Part shown: positions 54,444 to 62,468 of the stretch, piece after piece
Position numbering within the stretch: position 1 is the stretch's first letter
Layout: each line of letters opens with the position of its first letter
Assembly (NCBI GenBank): GCA_036380835.1
Contig: DASVDZ010000081.1
Coordinates: 18,749 to 82,748, forward strand
Direction of reading: 5' to 3'
Length of the DNA stretch: 64,000 nucleotides
Source: Candidatus Eiseniibacteriota bacterium
Lineage (GTDB): Bacteria; Eisenbacteria; RBG-16-71-46; SZUA-252
The notes under the pieces: generated by a model
Told to the model about the DNA's origin: nothing
The model's database searches: none
What the model saw: only the letters and a program-made list of their open reading frames with translations
Translations under genes and position numbers: made by a program

Positions 54444-56556
54444 AACGCTCCTCCTCGAGATCGGCTGCGAGGAGATCCCCGCGTCCTACATCGGGCCGGC
54501 GCTGAGCGAGCTGGAGTCCCTCGCCAGGGCGGGGCTCTCCGAAGCGCGCGTCGGCCACGGCGCGGTCGCGATCGCCGCGACGCCGCGCCGGCTTGCGCTC
54601 CTGATCGAGGGGATCACCGATCAAGGCGACCGAGTGCTCGACGTCCTCGGACCGCCGGTGAGCGTGGCCTTCGACGCGTCGGGCCGGCCGACGCCGGCCG
54701 CGCAGGGGTTCGCGAAGAAGGTCGGCCTGCCGCTCGAATCGATCGGGAGGAAGCCGGGGGGGAAAGGGGCGGACGTTCTCCACGCCCGCGTCCACGAGAA
54801 AGGGAAGCCGGCCGCCGAAGTGCTCCCCGCGCTCGTCGAGGCCTGGATCGGGGGCATCCACTTCCCGAAGACGATGCAGTGGAACGGGCGGGATCGATTC
54901 GCCCGGCCGGTCCGCTGGATCGTCGCGTTATTGGGCGACCGGATTCTCCCCGTCAAGGCCTTCGGGCTGAGCGCTGGCCGGAAGAGCCGGGGACACCGCA
55001 TCCACGCGCCCGGCTGGTTCGAGGTCGGGAAGCCCGGGGGCTACGTCGGGCTCCTCCGCGAGCGCGTGGTCATGGTCGACCGCTCCGAGCGCCTTCGAAC
55101 GATCCGCGACGAGCTGGCCCGCGCCGGCGCCTCGATCGGGGGCGCGCCCGTCGAGGATCCGGAGCTGCTCGAGGAAGTGGCGGACCTGGTCGAGTGGCCG
55201 GAGGCGGTGGTCGGCTCCTTCGACGCCTCCTACCTCGCCCTCCCGCGCCCCGTGATCGTCACGGCGATGCGGGCGCACCAGCGCTACTTCGCCGTGGAGG
55301 CCAAGGACGGCTCCCTCCTCCCGAGCTTCGTGATGATCCGGAGTGGGCGCGGGGAGGGCGCGGCCGAGATCCGGCGCGGCACCCAGGCGGTGCTCCGGGC
55401 GCGGCTCGAGGACGCGCGGTTCTACTGGGACAACGACCGGAAGGGCGGCCTCGAGGCGAAGGTCGAGGCGCTCCGAGGGATCGTCTGGCACGAGCGACTG
55501 GGTACGGTCCACGACCGCACCATGCGCATCGTGCAGATCACGGAGGATCTCGCGCGAACGCTCGCCCCGAAGGCCCGGGCCCACGCCGCGCGCGCCGCCT
55601 ACCTCTGCAAGGCCGACCTCGCCTCCGAGATGGTCCGCTCGGGGAAGGAATTCGCCGCGCTCCAGGGGATCATCGGCGCCGAGTACGCCGCGGCCTCCGG
55701 CGAGGACGCCGAGGTGGCCCGCGCGATCCGCGAGCACTACCTTCCGCAGGGGCCGTCGGATCCGCTGCCCGGCTCGATGGAGGGGACGCTGGTCAGCCTC
55801 GCCGACCGCCTCGAGGCCATCGTCGGAGCGTTCCGAGCCGGGCTCGAGGTGAGCGGATCGCAGGACCCCTACGGTCTGCGCCGCGCGGGGAACGGCATCG
55901 TCCGGATCCTCCTCGAGAAGCGGCTCCGATTCGACGCGATCGAGAAAGCGGCGTGGGTGGACGGGCTCTTCGAGAAGGCGGGGATCGGCCGGTTCGGGAG
56001 CGCCTCGTTCCAGGACTTCTGGGCGCAGCGCGTGGAGAGCGCGCTCTCGGACGCCGGCGTGCCGCACGATACGGCGGCCGCGGTGCTGGCCGTGCGTCCC
56101 GGCGACCCGCTCGACGTGCTGGCGCGCGCCCGAGCGGTCGACGAGATCCGCCGGAGCGACGACTTCGAGGGACTCATGGTCGGGTACCGTCGCGCCGCGA
56201 ACCTGCTCCGCTCGGCGTCGCCCGAGGACGTGGCCGCCGCGGGGCAGCCGATGGCGGAGCGCGCCGAAAATTTCGGCGAGAAGGCGGAAGCGGACCTCCA
56301 CCTCGAGACGAAGATGACCCGCCAAGCTGTCGAGACCTATTTACAGGCGGATGCCCCCGATTACGGTGCCGCCCTGAAGCACTTGCTCGGCCTCCGACCA
56401 TCCATCGACGCCTTTTTCGAGGCCGTGATGGTCATGGTGGACGATCCGGCGACCCGTCGCCGGCGGCTCGCCCTCCTCGACGCGGTGCGTCGATCCTTCC
56501 TCAGAATTGCCGATTTCTCGGCCCTCCCAACCGCTCCAGGTCAAAAATCCGTTTGA
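54436..56556 (+). CDS. glyS: Glycine--tRNA ligase beta subunit
   Basis: [15 protein letters not shown]..., ...RYFAVE..., a 706-aa typical GlyS. The start overlaps the glyQ end. Confidence 0.93.
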   Translation: MAETLLLEIGCEEIPASYIGPALSELESLARAGLSEARVGHGAVAIAATPRRLALLIEGITDQGDRVLDVLGPPVSVAFDASGRPTPAAQGFAKKVGLPLESIGRKPGGKGADVLHARVHEKGKPAAEVLPALVEAWIGGIHFPKTMQWNGRDRFARPVRWIVALLGDRILPVKAFGLSAGRKSRGHRIHAPGWFEVGKPGGYVGLLRERVVMVDRSERLRTIRDELARAGASIGGAPVEDPELLEEVADLVEWPEAVVGSFDASYLALPRPVIVTAMRAHQRYFAVEAKDGSLLPSFVMIRSGRGEGAAEIRRGTQAVLRARLEDARFYWDNDRKGGLEAKVEALRGIVWHERLGTVHDRTMRIVQITEDLARTLAPKARAHAARAAYLCKADLASEMVRSGKEFAALQGIIGAEYAAASGEDAEVARAIREHYLPQGPSDPLPGSMEGTLVSLADRLEAIVGAFRAGLEVSGSQDPYGLRRAGNGIVRILLEKRLRFDAIEKAAWVDGLFEKAGIGRFGSASFQDFWAQRVESALSDAGVPHDTAAAVLAVRPGDPLDVLARARAVDEIRRSDDFEGLMVGYRRAANLLRSASPEDVAAAGQPMAERAENFGEKAEADLHLETKMTRQAVETYLQADAPDYGAALKHLLGLRPSIDAFFEAVMVMVDDPATRRRRLALLDAVRRSFLRIADFSALPTAPGQKSV

Positions 56557-56581
56557 CATTAGCGGCTTTTTCCCCTATACT
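56553..56581 (+). promoter_or_regulatory. Consensus-like sigma-70 promoter
   Basis: TTGACA-N17-TATACT, with the -35 overlapping the glyS stop codon. It heads a ~440-nt GC-poor leader before the next gene. Confidence 0.6.
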
Positions 56582-56859
56582 GACGCGGTAAAGGAGGCAA
56601 AATAACTTGTCTCCCAACAGCCGCGACCGTTAGAACCGATTGAAATTACAGCACATGCACGACATCGCGAGGGCTGACGGTGCGGCTATTTCCGTCTATT
56701 GGGGAGATTCCATCCGACTGTCTGATTCGGTTAAATGACGAAGAGCGAAGGGGGTGAGAGGTCCAAGCGGCTTTGTTCTTACATCATTGATTACAATAAC
56801 TTACAACAAACACACAACCCGTAGAGATCCAATGAAAGGAGGTCGGTCAAGGCTGCGAA

Positions 56860-56908
56860 CGAGATCGCCCAAGAACGCTCGAGCACTGTCCCGACGAGCG
56901 GGCGATCT
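56860..56908 (+). other. Perfect 10-bp inverted repeat in the leader, a predicted RNA stem-loop
   Basis: GAGATCGCCC-N29-GGGCGATCTC. A second 6-bp pair AGTCCT/AGGACT lies at ~56960-56983. Confidence 0.45.
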
Positions 56909-57025
56909 CCGATGCATCACTCCAGGCTCGACTAGATGTACAGAAACCCGTGACGTTCGGTTCCAGAAAGTCTAGTCCTCCCGATCTAGGACTTCGTGTC
57001 AGGAAACTCTAAGGAGGATGTGAAC

Positions 57026-60000
57026 ATGCGGAAAACCTTTGTCGCCATTCTGGGCCTCGCGGCTCTCTGCGTGTGGGCGTTGCCCGCCTTCGCAGACAGT
57101 CAGAGTGACCCGCCCTTGGCCAAGGCGTACACGCCTCTCGATGGGCGCCCTGGTTACAACGGGTCGATGGCAAAGAACGGAAGTCTGGGGGCGACCCTGA
57201 GCGGCACCGTGATCAATCAGGGGTCGGCCGGCACCACGGTCTATTTCCTCTACCCCGGCGCCTGCCAGCAGCGGGCTCTCGGAACGTGGGCGCCAGTGTC
57301 CGCGGAGCAAGCGGACAGCATGGACACCTACACCGAGGGCGGGACCGGCGGCTACGGCGTGGCCGACCAGTCGGTCAAGGAACGCCTTTGGCACGTCGTG
57401 AACAGCTCCGTGCCGGCGGGCCAGCGTCCCGCGATTCTCGCGGGCACGGCCTCGCTCTGGTGCGGTAAGTACGATCCGAACTGGGTCGTCCAGGTCGGGT
57501 ATCCGAACACCACGTTCCAGATCCTCTACATCGACACGGGCGCTCACGCGGGCTCCTACACGCTCACGTACAAGGCGAACCAGAGCTCGGAGATCGGGTA
57601 CGACTACGTCTACCTGATCGGTGGCGATCCGACCCTGTCGGACGCCATGCAGAACTCGCGCGCGAAGTTCGACGAGGCCACCTCGTCGGGCGCGAGCGGC
57701 GGCTCGGACCTCCTGGTGACGTGGACGGGCTCGATCCTCACGACGACGCCGGGCGCGACGAACCCGCCGATCGGCTCTCAGATCATCGGTGACGGCGCGG
57801 CTCAGCCCTCGTCGATCGTTCCCGTGACGATCAACATGCCCAGCAATTATCGCGACATCTACTTCCTCTTCACGGCGGACTGCGGCTACTCGAGCGAAGA
57901 CGGCAACTGGCCGAACAGCCATGGCCAGATCTTCGACGACGTCACGTGCAGCGACAACGGCGTGATCTTCGGCGACGGCACCGCGCCGTCCGGCTCGGAC
58001 GCTTGGTTCGGCGACGTTCTCCAGGGTACCTACGGCTCGCAGGGCTACATCGCGGCGCGCGTGGCGCCGGGTACCGGCGAGCTCTGGCAGATCGTCAACG
58101 GCGGCTTCTCGACCACCGCGGACAACTGCCAGCTCCAGAAGAACGACACGGCGGATCGCATGTTCTTCGGCGCCGATGCTTCCTCGAAGAAGACGATCGC
58201 CGGGCAGTGGAATTCGATCATCTCCTGCACGTTCCCTGTTCCGGTCGGAACGGCCGAGCTCAACGCGTTCTGGGGCGAGTACCTCGACCTCCCGCGCGGC
58301 GCCGGATTCGTTCAGGATTCGGAGTACCGCTTCTACAAGGGCGGTGTCTGGAGCAACTGGCAGGATACCGATCCCGACGGCGGCGTCATCACCTCCGTGA
58401 TCAAGACGTGGCTCGTGGATGGAGGCAATCTGGCGTCGGCCGTCCAGGCCGATTCGGTCCAGATTCGGTACGACCTCCGCTGTATCACGGCGTTCGCCAC
58501 GGACCGCATCACCTGCGGCCAGCTCGACTACGGGATCCTGTACGACGACTTCTATCTGCAGGTGTTGTCGGGCATCCCGGCGCCGCTCATCTCGTCGTTC
58601 CCGAGCGCGGTGCCTCAGACGATGTTCGTGGACGGCACCATGACGGGGCTCAATTGCACGACGCCTCCGTGCTGGCCCGGAACGCGCGGCACCAACACGC
58701 CCAGCGCTCCGGCGGGTCAAGTCATCACGGATAACGTCAACTCCCCGTACGGCGACTCGCTCTGGTGCGGCATTGCGACCGGTCTGCGCAAGAACGGCAT
58801 GGGCGTGAACTGGCACAATGGCTACAGCAAGCTGGTCAACGGCGGCCGCACGCTCGCGTTCACGAACGCCACGTTCGTGCCGGCGTACGACACGCCTCGG
58901 GCGATCTATCGCCTGTTCGATCCCACCTCGCAGAGCTGGAGTGCGTTCGACTCCACGGAAATGGCTGCGGACAACATCCAGATCTCCGGTGCCGACACGG
59001 TCAACGCCGTGGCGTTCGGCGCTCCGGCGTATCGCTGGGATTGGCCGCCGATCGACAAGGCCGGCCAGAACCTGCCGGGCGGCTTCACGATCAACGGCGT
59101 CGGCGCGTACAACAACCTCGCGTTCCTGCCTCGCGGAACGCGGATGCAGTTCTACTTCAAGGGCGTCGACATCAACGGCGGCCGTTCGTACATCTTCGGC
59201 GCCGGCGGCCTGCCGCGCGAAGTCGAAGATCTCCCGACGTTGCCGGGCGGCTCCATCGTGGCCCCCGACATCATGGAGATGGACGTGCTTCCGCGGAAGT
59301 ACGCCGTCGGCTCGGGTACCTCGCTCCTCGCGGGCAAGACCAACACGCCGGTCTTGAACCTCGACGGCTCGTACTCGGTCTGGAGCTTCGGTCAGGATCC
59401 CGTCACGCAGGCGCTCCGCGGTATGGGCGTCCGCGCCGACCGGTATCGTCTGACGCAGGGCCTCGACAACGCCGACAACTTCGGCGGCCATGAGCTCTTG
59501 GGCCCGCCGGACAATCAGCGTGCGGCACGCAGCTCGAACTACTTCCCGAACCTGACCGAGTACGGCATCCTGGATTCGCTGTCGAAGTGGTATCGCATCG
59601 TGATCCAGTCGGGTCACACCCGCACCGCGACCCTCGAGGACGAGTCGGATTCCCGGCTTCTCGAAGCGTGGTGGGCGGCCGAGACGCCGGGTTCGAACGG
59701 CGGCGACCGTTGCGTCTTCGTCTCGGGCGACGACTACTTCAACGCGCTCCTGAACATCCCCGCCGGCGAGGCGAGCTCGCGCCGGATCTCCTACGGCCAG
59801 AACGTGCTGGGCGTCAACAGCGCGAGCGGCGCGTGGGTGGGGGCGAATGCGGTTCCGTATCCCACGGTCGAAGATCGCTTCTCGGCTCCGGGCGCCGGGC
59901 CCGGCCTCGTGACCGGCTATACGTACCCGGTCGACGGCGGCTGCCCCGGTCCGAACCGGTTCGACGCGCTCACGAAGATCGGTGCGTCCACGGCTCAGAA

Positions 60001-60688
60001 CATCGCGTTCTACCCGATCTTCTCGGGTATCACGGATGTCGCGGGCGTGGCGAACATGACCGAGCGTGACGCCGTGACGGACCACGATCGCAACAAGGCT
60101 CTTGGCTACGGCTTCTCGATCCAGTTCGTCCGGAAGGCCGGAATCCCGACCAATGCCGCGAACTACGTGCGGTCCGGCGTCCAAGAGCGTATGCAGATCC
60201 TGTACAAGTTCCTCGCGAGCTGCCGCGGTCCGCGGAGCGGTGCGGCGGGCGATACGTCCGTCTGCTGGCCGTGCCCGACGGACGCGAACATGACCGGAAA
60301 CTGGGCGACTCTGACCGGCTTCCAGACCGGCAGCTACGGTCCGCTCTACCCGATCCAGGACAACCTGGCGGCGACGGGCGTCGAGGTCTCGGATGCTTCC
60401 GCGGCCCCGAAGGTCAACAAGCTCGAGGGTAACTACCCGAACCCGTTCAATCCGCAGACGACGATCAAGTTCACTGCGGCGCAGGCGGGCAAGGTGACGC
60501 TGCGGATCTTCAACGTGGGCGGCCAGCTGGTCCGGACGCTCACCACGAAGGCCGAGGTCGGGCCGAACGAAGTCCGCTGGAACGGCAAGCGTGACGACGG
60601 CGCCCAGCTCGCGAGCGGTGTCTACTTCTACAAGGTTCGTTTCGTCGACGGCACCGAAACGGGTAGCCGGATGGCGCTTGTGAAGTAA
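57026..60688 (+). CDS. Large secreted protein (1,220 aa) with C-terminal T9SS/Por sorting domain; the mature region matches no family I recognise
   Basis: AAGGAGGA RBS 7 nt before ATG. Signal peptide MRKTFVAILGLAALCVWALPAFA. The C-terminal 80 aa read ...NYPNPFNPQTTIKFTAAQAGKVTLRIFNVGGQLVRTL...GVYFYKVRF...MALVK, which is the TIGR04183 / FlgD-Ig-like Por_Secre_tail pattern. No HExxH, GxSxG or other catalytic signature was seen by eye. Confidence 0.8.
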   Translation: MRKTFVAILGLAALCVWALPAFADSQSDPPLAKAYTPLDGRPGYNGSMAKNGSLGATLSGTVINQGSAGTTVYFLYPGACQQRALGTWAPVSAEQADSMDTYTEGGTGGYGVADQSVKERLWHVVNSSVPAGQRPAILAGTASLWCGKYDPNWVVQVGYPNTTFQILYIDTGAHAGSYTLTYKANQSSEIGYDYVYLIGGDPTLSDAMQNSRAKFDEATSSGASGGSDLLVTWTGSILTTTPGATNPPIGSQIIGDGAAQPSSIVPVTINMPSNYRDIYFLFTADCGYSSEDGNWPNSHGQIFDDVTCSDNGVIFGDGTAPSGSDAWFGDVLQGTYGSQGYIAARVAPGTGELWQIVNGGFSTTADNCQLQKNDTADRMFFGADASSKKTIAGQWNSIISCTFPVPVGTAELNAFWGEYLDLPRGAGFVQDSEYRFYKGGVWSNWQDTDPDGGVITSVIKTWLVDGGNLASAVQADSVQIRYDLRCITAFATDRITCGQLDYGILYDDFYLQVLSGIPAPLISSFPSAVPQTMFVDGTMTGLNCTTPPCWPGTRGTNTPSAPAGQVITDNVNSPYGDSLWCGIATGLRKNGMGVNWHNGYSKLVNGGRTLAFTNATFVPAYDTPRAIYRLFDPTSQSWSAFDSTEMAADNIQISGADTVNAVAFGAPAYRWDWPPIDKAGQNLPGGFTINGVGAYNNLAFLPRGTRMQFYFKGVDINGGRSYIFGAGGLPREVEDLPTLPGGSIVAPDIMEMDVLPRKYAVGSGTSLLAGKTNTPVLNLDGSYSVWSFGQDPVTQALRGMGVRADRYRLTQGLDNADNFGGHELLGPPDNQRAARSSNYFPNLTEYGILDSLSKWYRIVIQSGHTRTATLEDESDSRLLEAWWAAETPGSNGGDRCVFVSGDDYFNALLNIPAGEASSRRISYGQNVLGVNSASGAWVGANAVPYPTVEDRFSAPGAGPGLVTGYTYPVDGGCPGPNRFDALTKIGASTAQNIAFYPIFSGITDVAGVANMTERDAVTDHDRNKALGYGFSIQFVRKAGIPTNAANYVRSGVQERMQILYKFLASCRGPRSGAAGDTSVCWPCPTDANMTGNWATLTGFQTGSYGPLYPIQDNLAATGVEVSDASAAPKVNKLEGNYPNPFNPQTTIKFTAAQAGKVTLRIFNVGGQLVRTLTTKAEVGPNEVRWNGKRDDGAQLASGVYFYKVRFVDGTETGSRMALVK

Positions 60689-60722
60689 CCCCCTTCCGTA
60701 GGGGTTTCAGTCCGTAGGCGAT

Positions 60723-60752
60723 CGGGCCGCCGGGGTAACTCCCGGCGGCCCG
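60723..60752 (+). terminator. Rho-independent-type terminator hairpin
   Basis: CGGGCCGCCGGG-gtaact-CCCGGCGGCCCG, a perfect 12-bp stem 34 nt after the stop. The tail is A-rich rather than T-rich. Confidence 0.5.
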
Positions 60753-60766
60753 TCGCACAAAATCAG

Positions 60767-60796
60767 TTGACACCGTTTCCGCCGCATTGCTAACTT
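60767..60796 (+). promoter_or_regulatory. Candidate sigma-70 promoter
   Basis: TTGACA-N18-TAACTT, 66 nt upstream of the next start. Confidence 0.4.
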
Positions 60797-60862
60797 AGTC
60801 GAGTCCCCAAGACATCACCCGAACACCTGCCGGTGCACAAGCCAGTCTCCTCGGAGAACGAA

Positions 60863-62434
60863 ATGCCCGCATCCAGTACGTGGCGGAACTTCGCCCGTGT
60901 GGTTGTCCCCGTCATTTGCTGTCTCGCCGTCTTCGTCTCCTGCGCCAAGGAGCCGCTTCGCGTGGATCGAAACCGCCCGCCACGGACGTTTCTCGTCTCG
61001 GCCCCGGCCGAAAGTTCGTCCTGGTCGTACCACGTCCACCTCTACTGGCGGGGCGAGGACAGCGACGGATACGTGACGGGATTCCTGTGGGCCTGGGACG
61101 ACTCCTCGATCGGCGCCTACCGGTACACGACGAAGACGGACAGCACGTTCGATCTCGACGTCAACGATTCCACCCTCTTGGTCGGCGGCGGGACCAGCCA
61201 GGTGCAGCCGGGCCAGACGAAGCCCCACACGTTCTACATTCGCGCCGTCGACAACCTGGGCAAGTCGGATCCGGTCGGGACGATCTTCAATCATCGCGTC
61301 TACAACGCCTCGACCGACGAGCCCAGCGTGCGCTTCGTGGGCGCGCTCCCGAGCGGGGCCGGGATCATCGACACGCTCTGCGACGGAGCGCCGTTCAAGA
61401 TCTGCTGGACCGGCAGCGACCCGGATGGCTACGTCGCGTACTACCGATGGGACATGGGGCCCTATTCCAGCCCGCTCCAGACCGACACCTGCGCCGTCTT
61501 CAACGACCCGAACGTGCCTGGATCGCCGCCGATCACGAGCGGCGTCTACACGTTCACGGTCACGGCGGTGGACAACGCGTTCGCCGCCAGCAAGGCCTCC
61601 TCGGGCGGCCGCTTCCTCCTCGTCGCCAATCACGATCCCGACACCTGGTTCGTCGACTCCTCGGGCGGAACGGGCGAGCCGGTGGGGCACTACTACCAGC
61701 CCTATCGCGACGGCCAGCCGGTCAACCCGACCGAGGTGCACACCTTCTCCCAGGGGGACACGATCCCCTACCGATCCACGGTCTGGTGGAGCTGGGGATC
61801 GTCCGACGATCACTCTGGCAGCGGATGCAGCGAGGGCAACATCATCAGCGGTTGGTCGCTGATCCTCCGCACGGGCACCCGAAACAATTTCGAGCCCTAC
61901 GTCATCGGCTACCAGGACCAGATCTGCACCGATGGGGCCGGCGCGCCGGTTCGCTTTACGACCAACGACCCCGCGGTCGTCCTGCAGGAGTGCAATCTCC
62001 AGAGCCTGGTGCTCGACTCCCTGGACGCGGGACGCGGGATGCAGGTCACCGTGGCCTCGCGCGACGGATCCGGCCGCGTCGACGGCTCCCCGGCCTCGTT
62101 CTCGTTCAACTGCGACTTCCCGCCGCACATCGATTCGCTCTTCGTCCAGGACGTCACGCCGACGAGCGGCCCGAACGCGGGGCAGCCCTGCAAGCGGTTC
62201 TATTGGGTCGCGCGCGATCCGGAGGACGGGTTCACGAAGGAAGCCGAGATCACGATGGACGGCATTCAGAAGATCCAGCTCACGAGCTGGGAGCAGGAAG
62301 TCATCATCCCCGAGTCGAGGTTCCGGAGCTTCTCCCCCCTGAATCCCCATACGGTGGAGGTCCGAGTCTCGGATCGGGCCCACATCCGATCGGACCAGGT
62401 CCTGTCCATTCAATTCGACGTGACGTACCCCTAG
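60863..62434 (+). CDS. Lipoprotein with repeated PKD-like (WxGxDxDG) beta-sandwich modules
   Basis: GGAG 7 nt before ATG. Signal peptide plus lipobox ...VICCLAVFVSCAK. The motifs HVHLYWRGEDSDGYVTGFLWAWDD, FKICWTGSDPDGYVAYYRWDMG and CKRFYWVARDPEDGFTKEAEITMDG recur. The alternative GTG is at 60833. Confidence 0.7.
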   Translation: MPASSTWRNFARVVVPVICCLAVFVSCAKEPLRVDRNRPPRTFLVSAPAESSSWSYHVHLYWRGEDSDGYVTGFLWAWDDSSIGAYRYTTKTDSTFDLDVNDSTLLVGGGTSQVQPGQTKPHTFYIRAVDNLGKSDPVGTIFNHRVYNASTDEPSVRFVGALPSGAGIIDTLCDGAPFKICWTGSDPDGYVAYYRWDMGPYSSPLQTDTCAVFNDPNVPGSPPITSGVYTFTVTAVDNAFAASKASSGGRFLLVANHDPDTWFVDSSGGTGEPVGHYYQPYRDGQPVNPTEVHTFSQGDTIPYRSTVWWSWGSSDDHSGSGCSEGNIISGWSLILRTGTRNNFEPYVIGYQDQICTDGAGAPVRFTTNDPAVVLQECNLQSLVLDSLDAGRGMQVTVASRDGSGRVDGSPASFSFNCDFPPHIDSLFVQDVTPTSGPNAGQPCKRFYWVARDPEDGFTKEAEITMDGIQKIQLTSWEQEVIIPESRFRSFSPLNPHTVEVRVSDRAHIRSDQVLSIQFDVTYP

Positions 62435-62468
62435 CGACGAACGGCCGATGACAAGGAGCGATGATTCC

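Noticed and set aside
56754-56975. 73-aa ORF inside the leader of the T9SS cargo gene.
   Set aside because: It is Arg-rich and low-complexity with a non-ATG start and no RBS. It overlaps the inverted repeats, so it is more likely structured RNA than coding.
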